IMG/VR virus record: IMGVR_UViG_3300017747_002533
Coordinates: 1 to 41,726 of that record
Origin: a virus
Taxonomy: Duplodnaviria; Caudoviricetes
Length of the DNA: 41,726 nucleotides
Reading direction: 5' to 3' (one strand)
The notes under the pieces were generated by a model. It was not told the origin of the DNA and ran no database searches. It saw only the letters and a list, made by a program, of their open reading frames with translations. The translations under genes were made by a program, and so were the position numbers. Below are positions 24,052 to 33,692 of this stretch, one piece after another; the stretch's first letter is position 1; every line of letters begins with the position of its first letter.

Positions 24052-25212
24052 ATGTCCGAAGAAGAAAATAGTCTCCAAAGTCCTCAGCTAGTCTTCAATG
24101 AACAGCAAGAAGGGGTTGCCGTAGTCCTTTCTGAAAAGGAGACAGTCGCACTCTATAAAAAATCCCACCAAACTGGCTATTCGTTCGACACTTTGCAGGA
24201 AGTGTATCGTCGAGGCTATTTGTCATGGGATTTACACCTAAACGAATCACCAGAACAAACTGCGTTTAATCGCGTAAACTCGTTTATCGCTGGCGGGAAA
24301 GCTGCAAAAATGGACGAAGATCTTATGGAAAAGAAGCGTGGTTTGTGGGATAACATTCACGCTAAGAGAAAAAGAATTAAGGCGGGATCGGGCGAGCGTA
24401 TGCGCAAGCCTGGATCGAAAGGCGCACCAACTGATTCTGCAATCAAGGCATCACAGAATGAAGCTGCCGATCCATGCTGGAAGGGTTATAAGCAGGTAGG
24501 AACAAAGATGAAGAATGGTCGTTCAGTACCTAATTGTGTACCAACTGAAGAAGTAAATGAAGCAAAGCATTATCTAGTTGGCAAGACAGGTTTCAATCTA
24601 ACTGGTCACACATCATCACCACATTTTGCTAGTGCTGACGACGCTAAGACATATCAGAAGAAGTTCGCCCATGCACCAGCTATCAAGGCGGCTAAGATCG
24701 TAAAGGGTACTAGCGATAAGCACGGGTTGATTACTCCTGTTAAGGAAGCGTATACTGGCGCTGAGAAAACATCAAAGAAGATGGAAGAGCCAGCCAGCCG
24801 TTTCGTTGGCACTGATGCTCTTACCGATACATATAAGAATGCAACTCCAGGACAAAAAGTAAAGAAAATCGTCAAGGAAGTTGTTGAAGAAAATATTTAC
24901 GAGCTTTATAACTGCGGTTGCAAACATTGTGACCAGCTTCAAGAGAAATGGTCAGACTCTAAGCACAAGAGTCCATCGGGTGGGTTAACTCGTTCTGGTG
25001 TCATGGCTTATCGTCGTGAAAATCCAGGCTCAAAGTTACAAACTGCAGTTACTACAAAGCCATCAAAACTAAAGAAGGGCAGCAAGGCAGCAAAGCGTCG
25101 CAAGTCATTCTGTGCTCGTATGGGTGGAATGAAGAAACGACTCACTTCAGCCAAGACTGCTCGTGATCCTGATTCTAGAATCAACAAGGCACTAAGAAAG
25201 TGGAATTGCTGA
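24052..25212 (+). CDS. modular basic protein (DUF5824-like N-terminal and DUF6321-like C-terminal modules), probable capsid-internal protein
   Basis: VYRRG..W...F.RVNSFI, GLWDNIHAKRKR, PCWKGY..VPNCVP and RRKSFCARM...LRKWNC modules separated by E-rich linkers. Confidence 0.6.
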   Translation: MSEEENSLQSPQLVFNEQQEGVAVVLSEKETVALYKKSHQTGYSFDTLQEVYRRGYLSWDLHLNESPEQTAFNRVNSFIAGGKAAKMDEDLMEKKRGLWDNIHAKRKRIKAGSGERMRKPGSKGAPTDSAIKASQNEAADPCWKGYKQVGTKMKNGRSVPNCVPTEEVNEAKHYLVGKTGFNLTGHTSSPHFASADDAKTYQKKFAHAPAIKAAKIVKGTSDKHGLITPVKEAYTGAEKTSKKMEEPASRFVGTDALTDTYKNATPGQKVKKIVKEVVEENIYELYNCGCKHCDQLQEKWSDSKHKSPSGGLTRSGVMAYRRENPGSKLQTAVTTKPSKLKKGSKAAKRRKSFCARMGGMKKRLTSAKTARDPDSRINKALRKWNC

Positions 25213-25260
25213 TTAATCTAACTAAATATATCGTTCCATTAATTATGAAGGAGAAATGTA

Positions 25261-25518
25261 ATGGATAGCACTATTGTTTGGACACTTATTGTTGGCGCCG
25301 CAGCTGTTTGGGCATTTTGGAAGTTTGTTTGGCCAAAGGCTGATGTGAACGGCGATGGTAAGGTTGATGCAGCCGATGCTAAGGCAGCAGCTGATGTTAA
25401 CAAGGATGGTAAGGTTGATGCAGCCGATGCTGTCGAGGCAGTTAAGAAAACTGCTACTCGCGCTAAGAAGGTTGCAACTAAGAACGTTGCTAAGGTAGCA
25501 GCAAAAAACAAAGGCTAA
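25261..25518 (+). CDS. membrane-anchored protein with two EF-hand/dockerin-like loops
   Basis: N-terminal TM; DVNGDGKVDAADA and DVNKDGKVDAADA; Lys/Ala tail. Confidence 0.75.
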   Translation: MDSTIVWTLIVGAAAVWAFWKFVWPKADVNGDGKVDAADAKAAADVNKDGKVDAADAVEAVKKTATRAKKVATKNVAKVAAKNKG

Positions 25519-25526
25519 GAAGTAAC

Positions 25527-25964
25527 ATGAACGAACTTACAGAAGCACTAAAGAAAGCACTAGCTGATACGTTCGCTTTCTATTTGAAGGCGCATAATTT
25601 TCACTGGAACGTTGAAGGCGCGAACTTTAACGATTACCATGCTTTTTTCGGTGCTCTGTATGCCGATGCTTGGGGCGCTGTGGATCTAATTGCTGAACAT
25701 ATTCGTACATTGGATTCATACGCTCCTGGCTCGTTCTCGCGTTATTCAGAGCTTACAAAAATCAAGGATGAAGTTAATATCCCTTCGGCAATGTCAATGA
25801 TGACAAAGTTAGAAGCTGATAACAGAATAGTTATCGAGTCGCTTACTACTGCAATGAAAGCAGCTGATAAGGCTGGTAAACCAAATATTTCTAATTTTCT
25901 TCAGGAACGCATCGATGCCCATGATAAGCATGGTTGGATGCTCAGAGCTATTTCGAAAGGCTAA
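25527..25964 (+). CDS. dps: Dps / ferritin-like DNA protection protein
   Basis: KAHNFHWNVEG..F...H..F, D.IAE.IR, H.K..WML. Confidence 0.93.
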   Translation: MNELTEALKKALADTFAFYLKAHNFHWNVEGANFNDYHAFFGALYADAWGAVDLIAEHIRTLDSYAPGSFSRYSELTKIKDEVNIPSAMSMMTKLEADNRIVIESLTTAMKAADKAGKPNISNFLQERIDAHDKHGWMLRAISKG

Positions 25965-25966
25965 TC

Positions 25967-26977
25967 ATGGATAAGGACTATCGTTCGCTAGAACACAAGA
26001 TCAGAGATGTTGTTGAAGCGTCAATGAATCGTAACACCGACCTTCGCCGCAAGGTAGTGAATGTTGGTCGTCCTGACACAGCGCCATCGAATTTTGATGA
26101 CAAGTCCAAACTCGCCAAGCAGGGCGAGATCAAAACTAAGATTATCGATGAAGCAAAAGATGATGAAGACAAGGATGACAAGAACAAAAAGGTTGATGCT
26201 GCCGCCGACGACAAGGACGATAAGAAGAAGTCCAAGAGTGGCGAAGCAAAGAAAGTAGAAGATCAGATGACTGGCGGCAAGACCGAAGTTGATCTAGAAC
26301 CAAAGACAGACGATAAGGTTGTTGTTGATTCCGATGACAAGCCAAAGAAAACAAAGAAAGTAACAAAGGAAGAAACCATGTTGAAATCAGACAATAAGTT
26401 TGGGCTTCCACAGGATCTTATCGATGCTGTCAATGAAGCTATGAAAAGAAAGCCAACCGAAGAAGAGTTGAAGGGCAATCAGCATAAGATTGATAAGAAC
26501 AAGAATGGTAAAATCGACTCTCACGATTTTAAACTTCTTCGTAAGAAGAACGATACTAAATTAGTTGCTAAGCCTCAATATGATAAGATGCGCCCTGCTT
26601 TTAAAGAAGAAGTTGAGCAGATTGATGAAGCTGTAAAAACCGATAACGAAGGTCATGGCTACCATGGCGAAGCACATCACGCTGCCAAGGGTGAGGACAA
26701 GATGGCTGAAGCTGGTAAGGCATATGCCAAGGCTCACTCGCTTGTAAAGAAGCATGCAGCTGATCACCTCAAGAATGCTAAGAATCCGAATAAGATGGTA
26801 AAGCATTATCTTGACTCGAAGCATGGTCGTCATCTTTATGGCAACGAGAACAATGCTTCCTATGTAAAGAAGGACTTCGGTCATTTTGCTAAGAAGTATG
26901 ATGCAAAGATGCACGAGGAAGTAGAGCTTTCAGCAGATGAAATCGCTCGTCTCGAGGAAATTGCAAAGGGTCTATGA
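25967..26977 (+). CDS. charged hypothetical protein, probable capsid-internal protein
   Basis: ATG 25967; Lys/Asp-rich; NQHKIDKNKNGKIDSHDFKLLR EF-hand-like loop; EEVEQIDEA linker. Confidence 0.65.
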   Translation: MDKDYRSLEHKIRDVVEASMNRNTDLRRKVVNVGRPDTAPSNFDDKSKLAKQGEIKTKIIDEAKDDEDKDDKNKKVDAAADDKDDKKKSKSGEAKKVEDQMTGGKTEVDLEPKTDDKVVVDSDDKPKKTKKVTKEETMLKSDNKFGLPQDLIDAVNEAMKRKPTEEELKGNQHKIDKNKNGKIDSHDFKLLRKKNDTKLVAKPQYDKMRPAFKEEVEQIDEAVKTDNEGHGYHGEAHHAAKGEDKMAEAGKAYAKAHSLVKKHAADHLKNAKNPNKMVKHYLDSKHGRHLYGNENNASYVKKDFGHFAKKYDAKMHEEVELSADEIARLEEIAKGL

Positions 26978-27888
26978 TGATTAAGTTTAGTCAGTATCTC
27001 GACGAGAAAAAAGCAACGAAGGATTCGATTGCAACAACTGCAACTTCGAGTCCTCTACGTGGTCAGAACCAAGATCAAAGTGGTTTCAGCCCATCTCATT
27101 CGACTGCTGACTACACTATCAGCGACTCAAAGAAGGCAAAAGTAAAGGAAGACGACAATATCGATAAGGTAAATGCTGTGGCAGCAGCCTTGAAGAGTAT
27201 GTCGACTTCCAGCGGCAACACCGCCCCAGCCTCGACTAATAAGCCATCAATGCCTAATGTAAATGCTCCTGGCGCGCCCGATATGTTCAAAACTGAGAAG
27301 AAGCTAAAAGAAGGTTTCGTTGGCGGTGTTGGTTCTGTAAGACAAACTCCAGTAACAATGAAGTCTGCTGGTTCTTCACATATGAAGGGCGGAAGTCATC
27401 TTCAACATGACGCCGATCGTCGTAGGGTGCAGCTTGATAAGTTTGCGCAACAACGTCGCGACCAGCAGGAAAAAGAGCGCGAGCGCGCACAGAAAGAGCG
27501 CGAGAAGGCAGCAATCGATCGTCAAAAAGAAGCACAAAAAGCTATAAAGGCGAACGAAGAACTTGATGAGGCTCGTCGCGGTCGCCCACCAAAGAATAAG
27601 ACCGCAGAGGATCCTGGTTCTGACAATATCATCATGCAGCTTCGTAAGGTTATTACATTGCGCGGTCAAGCGCCAGTAACATTTGTTGATGGTAAGAAAG
27701 CTAATCTTTCGCCAGCAACTGCTCATCGTTTGCTAGCCATGTATGATAACCTAAAAACATCGCTCGATAAACACTCGTTTTCACAGCGTATTCACAAGAG
27801 TGCAGACTCAATGCGTGATGTAATTGCTGGTAAGAAAGAAGTTCAAAAGCCAAAGATTTCTCTTGGCGGTTTTAATAAAGGTAAGTAA
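26974..27888 (+). CDS. hypothetical protein, probable capsid-internal protein
   Basis: MIKFSQYLDE N-terminus, EELDEA linker, AT-hook-like RRGRPPK, NIIMQLRK module. Confidence 0.65.
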   Translation: MMIKFSQYLDEKKATKDSIATTATSSPLRGQNQDQSGFSPSHSTADYTISDSKKAKVKEDDNIDKVNAVAAALKSMSTSSGNTAPASTNKPSMPNVNAPGAPDMFKTEKKLKEGFVGGVGSVRQTPVTMKSAGSSHMKGGSHLQHDADRRRVQLDKFAQQRRDQQEKERERAQKEREKAAIDRQKEAQKAIKANEELDEARRGRPPKNKTAEDPGSDNIIMQLRKVITLRGQAPVTFVDGKKANLSPATAHRLLAMYDNLKTSLDKHSFSQRIHKSADSMRDVIAGKKEVQKPKISLGGFNKGK

Positions 27889-27889
27889 A

Positions 27890-28171
27890 ATGCCTATCGT
27901 AATCGGTGGTAATGTAGTTGACGTAAATGCAGTTGCGGCGCAACAACAGCAACCAGCATCTCAACCACAACAAAACCAAAGCGTCTCTTTTCAAGAAGTT
28001 AGATCCGCAGCTGAAAAACAAATAGTTAGAAATGGTAATAGAGTTGTAGCCCCAGCGCAGCCAAGAGCTCGCATAAACCCAGAAGACAATTTAGTAGTTG
28101 TTGGGGGTAAAGCAAAGAAAATCGGTAAGCAGTCAAAATATCTACTCGACATGCTTACTATCGACGAATAA
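27890..28171 (+). CDS. hypothetical protein (93 aa)
   Basis: ATG 27890 right after the previous stop. Confidence 0.6.
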   Translation: MPIVIGGNVVDVNAVAAQQQQPASQPQQNQSVSFQEVRSAAEKQIVRNGNRVVAPAQPRARINPEDNLVVVGGKAKKIGKQSKYLLDMLTIDE

Positions 28172-28206
28172 TAAATAATAAAAACTTTCTCTAGGAGGAT
28201 ATTTAA

Positions 28207-29196
28207 ATGGCACAATGGGGTAGAAATGATCAGTCAGTAACTGCTAATGGCAGTACTACTAAAGAAACTTCTAACGGTGCACCAATCGGCACCTATGCTT
28301 TTGTTAAGGGAGACCAGGTAAATCGTGTTAATGGCGCCAACGCTCACTTCGGTAACACATCTGCTGGATCCCGTGCGAGCGTAGACGTTAACATGTTTGG
28401 TAACACAACTCTTGGCGCTTTCATTCCAGGCGTTGCAGTTGGTGTATTCGGCGTCGACGCTGCAGAAGCTGGTGTTTCGAGTGGCAACCTTGCCTCAGCA
28501 GTTGTAACTTCTGGTGGTTCTGGCTACTCAGCTAACGCTACAGTCACTTTGACATTTGCAAATGGTAGCACCAATGCTACTGCAGTAAATGCTTTTGCAA
28601 ACGTAACAGCTGGTGTTGGTGGCAGCATTACTAGCCTTCTTATCAACCAGCCTGGTTCTGGGTACACTGTTAACCCAACTGTAACTATTGCCGCTCCATC
28701 AGCTATCAACATTACAGCTAACTCAACTGGCTTCAGCAATACAAACGATGTAATCCTCATTTCGACTGCAAACTCGAAGTTTCAAGCTACTGACAGATTG
28801 TATTATGGCGTTCCTTCGGGCAATACACCAATTGCCCCGCTTACAGGTAACACATACTACTATGTTTCATTCGCTAACACAACTGCGATTGCTCTTTCGC
28901 TGACCTCTGGTGGCGCAAACATCGACCTAACCGATGCTCGCACAACAAATCCAGGCGAAACTCATACTGTAACTGGTGACACTGCAACTGGTTACGTTGT
29001 AGTTGGTGGTGCAAAGAACCGTGGCGTAACTCACGCTGGTTGGGTTCTTCGCACCGAAGGAACTGGTGGTCGCGCTGGTCGTGTTCAGTACGAGACACTC
29101 GTAGCCATGGGGTCGCTTGGCGCTCAGACAGCTGCTTATGGTACACCTGCTGAAGTAGCCGATGCTGGCGACGACGCAAGACTTCCTGACTCTTGA
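28207..29196 (+). CDS. virion structural protein (fibre/decoration-like)
   Basis: Gly/Thr/Asn-rich, V...GSGY...P.VTI repeats, C-terminal HAGWV....G.GGRAGRVQYETLVAM; AGGAGG RBS. Confidence 0.7.
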   Translation: MAQWGRNDQSVTANGSTTKETSNGAPIGTYAFVKGDQVNRVNGANAHFGNTSAGSRASVDVNMFGNTTLGAFIPGVAVGVFGVDAAEAGVSSGNLASAVVTSGGSGYSANATVTLTFANGSTNATAVNAFANVTAGVGGSITSLLINQPGSGYTVNPTVTIAAPSAINITANSTGFSNTNDVILISTANSKFQATDRLYYGVPSGNTPIAPLTGNTYYYVSFANTTAIALSLTSGGANIDLTDARTTNPGETHTVTGDTATGYVVVGGAKNRGVTHAGWVLRTEGTGGRAGRVQYETLVAMGSLGAQTAAYGTPAEVADAGDDARLPDS

Positions 29197-29214
29197 TAGT
29201 TGAGGTCTTAGATT

Positions 29215-29874
29215 ATGTCGAACGACGCTAAAAAAACGTCTGAATTGAATATTACAACAGGTTTGTCAGCTAACGATAGAATTGTCGTGCTGACAAACCC
29301 TTCTGGATTTGCGCAAACTCAAACTATTTCTGTTTTAAATCTTTTTTCAAACAGTAAATTTACTAATACTGCAACAGTAGCAAATACAACTGCTGCTGGT
29401 ATTGTAAAAGTTGGGAACAATTTATCTATAAATGCTAGCGGTCATATTAGTGGTAATACAAAATATGTATATGGGTCTAACGATTTTTATATTACAGCAA
29501 ACACTACGGATTTAGTATTTAATACTGGGTCAAACGGTGCGAATGGCGGTTTTATATGGTCACACTCTAATACCCAACTTTTAAAATTAGAGCGAGATGG
29601 CCATCTTGTAGTAAACAGTCTAAGAAGTCGAAAAGCATATGGTAATAGTGATTTAATTGTTGGGTCTGGGGCTAATACTGATTACCTTTGGACTTTCGGT
29701 AATACTGGAAATTTAACACTACCTGCTAATGGTGATATTAAATATGCTAATGGTCACTCGGCTTTACAAGTTAAAGGTCCATATGTTAACGATACAGCCG
29801 CAGCTGCAGCAAATGTAGCTATAAACAGCTTATACTACGACGCATCAGGAAATGTAAAAATTAGATTGACTTAA
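29215..29874 (+). CDS. tail fibre-like hypothetical protein
   Basis: A....AGIVKVG.NL.I...G.I and W.F...G.LTLP fibre motifs. Confidence 0.55.
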   Translation: MSNDAKKTSELNITTGLSANDRIVVLTNPSGFAQTQTISVLNLFSNSKFTNTATVANTTAAGIVKVGNNLSINASGHISGNTKYVYGSNDFYITANTTDLVFNTGSNGANGGFIWSHSNTQLLKLERDGHLVVNSLRSRKAYGNSDLIVGSGANTDYLWTFGNTGNLTLPANGDIKYANGHSALQVKGPYVNDTAAAAANVAINSLYYDASGNVKIRLT

Positions 29875-30281
29875 TGAATGAAAAGTTGACGAATGAGAAT
29901 TTCTTAATTTATGCTGCCAAACATTATGATAATCCCCAGTGTCACTCTACTGAGGAATTTATTGACGATCTAAAGAGAATTAAATATATTAAGAAATTGA
30001 TAACAAAATATGTTGAGAGTGGCGAGCTAAAAGATAGATTGATTCTCAATCATCTTATCATCCTCAACAACGTATTTGGCGCGGTTCATTTGCCTCGAAT
30101 ACTCTTTTTAAAAATGAACAAACAGTTTATGTACATAAAACCATTTTTGATTTTGCTCGATGTTCTTCCTGATAAACTATATAATGTAGGTGATGTTGAT
30201 GTAGTTGACATTGACACTATACCCATGGATGAGAAAATAGTTAAACAGTTAAGAGCAATTTCAAATGGTCAAGAGTTTTAA
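29874..30281 (+). CDS. conserved T4-like phage hypothetical protein
   Basis: NF.IYA.KHYDNP.C....F..DL.R.KY, RLILNH.I.L.NVFG pattern, usually near gp61. Confidence 0.8.
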   Translation: MNEKLTNENFLIYAAKHYDNPQCHSTEEFIDDLKRIKYIKKLITKYVESGELKDRLILNHLIILNNVFGAVHLPRILFLKMNKQFMYIKPFLILLDVLPDKLYNVGDVDVVDIDTIPMDEKIVKQLRAISNGQEF

Positions 30282-30432
30282 ACAATTTCGCAAAATGAAA
30301 GAAGATGCTTATGCGTCTAATGTACCCGTCAACGCTATGGGTAATAGCAGTTCGACAGCGGGTACAGGCGGTATTGATACCTATGATCCTCTACTCAAGA
30401 TCAGAAAGATGTTGAAGAGAAAGAAGAAATGA
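30265..30432 (+). CDS. small protein (55 aa, absent from the ORF track)
   Basis: MVKSFKQFRKMKEDAYASNVPVNAMG...DPLLKIRKMLKRKKK; fills the gap and overlaps the next start (ATGA). Confidence 0.65.
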   Translation: MVKSFKQFRKMKEDAYASNVPVNAMGNSSSTAGTGGIDTYDPLLKIRKMLKRKKK

Positions 30433-30803
30433 GTGATCGTATCGAAGCAGCCATCGAAAAACTAACTGCAATTTCTAGCGATTTAAAGTCGATGTTGGCT
30501 GTTCACGATCAGCGCATTTCTCAGCAAGAAAAAACTACAGACGAACTTCACGACACAGTCGAAAAGCGTAGAGAAGAACTCGATAATAAATTGAAGGATG
30601 TGTATGATACAATGAGAAACCAAGATAATGTAGTCTTAGATCACATCGAATCTCTCCGTAAAGAATCCGCAGAACAACATAAAATCCTATCAGAGAAGAT
30701 AAACAAGCTAGAGAAATACATCTGGCTCGCCATCGGCGGTGCATTCGTTGCTAGCTGGATCATATCATTTATTTTCAATTACGGCAAGTTTTTCGTAAAA
30801 TAG
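30429..30803 (+). CDS. coiled-coil protein with C-terminal TM (XhlA/holin-like topology)
   Basis: LAVHDQRI, heptad region, LEKYIW then a hydrophobic helix. Confidence 0.65.
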   Translation: MSDRIEAAIEKLTAISSDLKSMLAVHDQRISQQEKTTDELHDTVEKRREELDNKLKDVYDTMRNQDNVVLDHIESLRKESAEQHKILSEKINKLEKYIWLAIGGAFVASWIISFIFNYGKFFVK

Positions 30804-30863
30804 TACTTGTTTTTTTCTAGAATTCCAGTATAATTACTATTGTAAGCATGATAGGAGTATACT

Positions 30864-31886
30864 GTGGATTGGTTAGAAGCGAAATACGTAAATATGCTGT
30901 CGGCAAGACTACAGCATTTCAAGCGTAAGTCTGCTAATCTTTTTAATTTCCGTTGCCCGATCTGCGGCGATTCTCAATCACATCGCAGCAAGGCTCGTGG
31001 TTATATCTACGAGAAGAAGGGCAAGTCTCTGTTCCATTGTCATAACTGCAACGCTACGATGGCTGTGCCGAACTTTATTCGCGCAGTCGATCAGCAGTTG
31101 TACAATGAGTTTCAATTAGAAAAGCTGAAGAACAATAAGACACCAGAACAGATCGAGTACGAGGACTTCATCAACAAGATGAAGAAGCCTGTATTCATGA
31201 AGTATGGTCCGCTGAAGGGATTGAAGAAGGTTAGTCAGCTCAGTCCCGAGCATCCTGTGAAAAAGTTAGTCGATGCACGCCGAATCCCAAATCCTTTCCA
31301 CGCCAAGCTATTTTGTTGCCCTAACTTTAAGCAGTATACTAATTGCTTGGTACCTGGTAAGTTTGACGAGGATAGTATTGGGCGCGATGAGACTCGCCTT
31401 CTTATACCCTTTATTTCTTCTGATAAAAATGTGCATGCCTATCAGGGTCGAGCGTTGGGTCATTCGACAGTCAAGTATATTACGATTGTTCTTGATGAAT
31501 CTATTCCAAAGGTTTATGGACTTGACCGAGTCAATTTTAACAACACTGTACACGTTGTTGAAGGTCCAATCGATAGTATGTTTCTTTCTAATTCAATCGC
31601 TACTGCAGGTGGTGATCTTGTTTCATCGGTCGCCTCATTTCCAAAAGACAATCTCGTCATTGTATACGATAACGAGCCGAGGAGTCGCGAGACAATTAAA
31701 AAACTTGACAAAGCTATCATGAACGGCTATAATGTCTGTATCTGGCCAGACAACATGGAACACAAAGATATCAACGATATGATCCTTGCTGGACTGTCCT
31801 CAGATTTTATCGAGTATATCATCCGACAGAATACACATCGTGATCTTGCAGCGAAACTTGCACTGAAACGTTGGAGCAAAATATGA
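30864..31886 (+). CDS. gp61: DNA primase (T4 gp61)
   Basis: Zn finger CPICGDS...CHNC, QGR, TOPRIM VEGPIDS, DNEPR, KDINDM; GTG start with AGGAG. Confidence 0.97.
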   Translation: MDWLEAKYVNMLSARLQHFKRKSANLFNFRCPICGDSQSHRSKARGYIYEKKGKSLFHCHNCNATMAVPNFIRAVDQQLYNEFQLEKLKNNKTPEQIEYEDFINKMKKPVFMKYGPLKGLKKVSQLSPEHPVKKLVDARRIPNPFHAKLFCCPNFKQYTNCLVPGKFDEDSIGRDETRLLIPFISSDKNVHAYQGRALGHSTVKYITIVLDESIPKVYGLDRVNFNNTVHVVEGPIDSMFLSNSIATAGGDLVSSVASFPKDNLVIVYDNEPRSRETIKKLDKAIMNGYNVCIWPDNMEHKDINDMILAGLSSDFIEYIIRQNTHRDLAAKLALKRWSKI

Positions 31887-32089
31887 GCGAACTGGTTAAA
31901 GAATTGAGGGCATATCCTGCGCATTATACTGCAGCTCACAAAGCTGCTGATCGCCTCGACGCACTAGAAAAGGCGCTGCTTGATGTTGTCGTATGGGCAG
32001 AGGAATTGGGTCTTTATGCCGATGCTGGACATGTCCTCGCGCCAGTATTTGTTAATACTCGCGCAGTTCTGGAGGAGAAAAATGGATAA
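31883..32089 (+). CDS. hypothetical protein
   Basis: GGAG RBS, coupled start; AADRL..LE motif. Confidence 0.6.
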   Translation: MSELVKELRAYPAHYTAAHKAADRLDALEKALLDVVVWAEELGLYADAGHVLAPVFVNTRAVLEEKNG

Positions 32090-32327
32090 CGAATTGTTCC
32101 AAAACATTCGGCATATGAAAGACTTCGCCGAGATTACACACCAAACTAAAACAAAATGGTCGTATCGTTGGCCAAATGGTGGCGATATCGAAGTGTTTCA
32201 ACTTCCTCGTGGCGTAACACTGTTCAAACTGGGTCATGATGTGCACCTCGCACAGTACATTTGCGACCTACATAATATGCGTGAAACAATGATTGATGAG
32301 GTGGAGAGCAAATATGTCAAAGTATAG
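32082..32327 (+). CDS. hypothetical protein
   Basis: GGAGGAG RBS before ATG 32082. Confidence 0.6.
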   Translation: MDNELFQNIRHMKDFAEITHQTKTKWSYRWPNGGDIEVFQLPRGVTLFKLGHDVHLAQYICDLHNMRETMIDEVESKYVKV

Positions 32328-32559
32328 GTATAAAACAGTCGAAACATATGTTGATGTTGAAGTCGATCTTGATGCATGGACTGATGAAGAGCTTTTGGAA
32401 GAACTAAGATCTCGACATGTTGAAACAGATTCACCCTATATTGTAAAAGCTATCGAATGGTATGAGCGTGGTAATGTGAAAGAAACATTGCACTATCTAG
32501 AAATGGCGTTTCCCGAATTGCATAAATTGACTGAAAAGGTGAAAAATGAATTCAGCTAA
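32314..32559 (+). CDS. hypothetical protein
   Basis: GGAG RBS; DVEVDL..WTDEELLEEL..R. Confidence 0.6.
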   Translation: MSKYRYKTVETYVDVEVDLDAWTDEELLEELRSRHVETDSPYIVKAIEWYERGNVKETLHYLEMAFPELHKLTEKVKNEFS

Positions 32560-33226
32560 GATTATTGGTATTACGAAGCCGCATGGTATTTGGATGGATC
32601 ATCTCAAGGCAGATGACCTTGTTGCTTACGTTGCTCGTGTAAGCAATCCGTCCAATCAAAACAATCACGAAACTGCACCGAAGCTGCTGAAGTATCTTGC
32701 GAAGCACAAACACTGGTCGCCTTTCGAGATGGTCAACATTGTGATGGAGATCGAAACGACACGCGATATTGCTCGTCAAATTCTTCGTCATCGTTCGTTC
32801 TCGTTTCAGGAGTTTAGCCAGCGTTATGCTGATCCGACTCAGGATTTAGGATTCGAACTGCGAGAAGCTCGTCTTCAGGATCAGAAAAATCGTCAGAACA
32901 GTATTGAGATTAGCCAAGCAGAAAGCGAAAGCGCAGCTAATCTTATTAGCGATTGGGAAGCGTATCAAGCCACGGTGCTAGACGAAGCTAGAATTGCATA
33001 TACATGGGCAGTTCAAAATGGTATCGCCAAGGAACAAGCTCGTGCTGTTCTACCCGAAGGTTTGACCGTTTCCCGTATGTATATGAACGGGACGCTCCGT
33101 AGTTGGATTCACTACTGCCAGCTCCGTATGGGTCCAGAAACTCAGAAGGAGCATCGAGAGGTCGCTCAGTCGGCATGGGAAAAGATCGTTGAGGAATTTC
33201 CGTCTCTTACAGCTGCGATTGAATAA
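32546..33226 (+). CDS. thyX: flavin-dependent thymidylate synthase
   Basis: ARVSNP, HWSPFE, RHRSFSFQEFSQRY, EQAR.VLP, TQKEHR. Confidence 0.97.
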   Translation: MNSAKIIGITKPHGIWMDHLKADDLVAYVARVSNPSNQNNHETAPKLLKYLAKHKHWSPFEMVNIVMEIETTRDIARQILRHRSFSFQEFSQRYADPTQDLGFELREARLQDQKNRQNSIEISQAESESAANLISDWEAYQATVLDEARIAYTWAVQNGIAKEQARAVLPEGLTVSRMYMNGTLRSWIHYCQLRMGPETQKEHREVAQSAWEKIVEEFPSLTAAIE

Positions 33227-33251
33227 ATAGTATACACTGACGGAGGGCGAT

Positions 33252-33692
33252 ATGAAGAAAATGACCATAGCATTTCTATGTTTATTTTCTTCTGTTTCTT
33301 TTGCAAGTGAGCTATCTTTTGGTTTTAAGAACCCGTCTTTTTCGGGTGTAGGTTATTCGGCTCATGTTTTGACTATTGACAATCTTGAGCAAACAAGAAA
33401 ACAGAAGATCATAGACGATCAAAAAGCAGCAGCAGCGAAAGCAGCTGCAGACGCTAAGAATACCAATCTAGCTAAGTTTTTGAATAATCTGGAAAGTAGA
33501 ATTTACGCTACGATTTCCCAGAACATAGCTGCTGAGTTGTTCAAGGAAGGTGGAGCTTCTCAGGGCGAGTTTGACATTGGCGGTAATAACCTCCAGTGGG
33601 TTTCTGACGGTGATACGATTACTTTGCGAATTACAGATCCTGGTGGTAGTGTTACACAAGTTGTAGTGCCATACGGGAGTTTAGCATGGTAA
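33252..33692 (+). CDS. csgF: curli assembly protein CsgF-like
   Basis: Signal peptide then ELSFGFKNPSFSG (CsgF F.NP.FGG motif), F...LESRI, C-terminal ITD..G..T.V.VP. Confidence 0.85.
   Translation: MKKMTIAFLCLFSSVSFASELSFGFKNPSFSGVGYSAHVLTIDNLEQTRKQKIIDDQKAAAAKAAADAKNTNLAKFLNNLESRIYATISQNIAAELFKEGGASQGEFDIGGNNLQWVSDGDTITLRITDPGGSVTQVVVPYGSLAW

Noticed and set aside
23991-24052. c-di-GMP-I riboswitch
   Set aside because: AAAGCTACGG is similar, but the GNRA/receptor P2-P3 architecture is missing
25340-25431. Direct repeat GATGGTAAGGTTGATGCAGCCGATGCT as a CRISPR or mobile repeat
   Set aside because: Only two in-frame copies, encoding the duplicated EF-hand-like loop. No CRISPR array was seen anywhere in the window.
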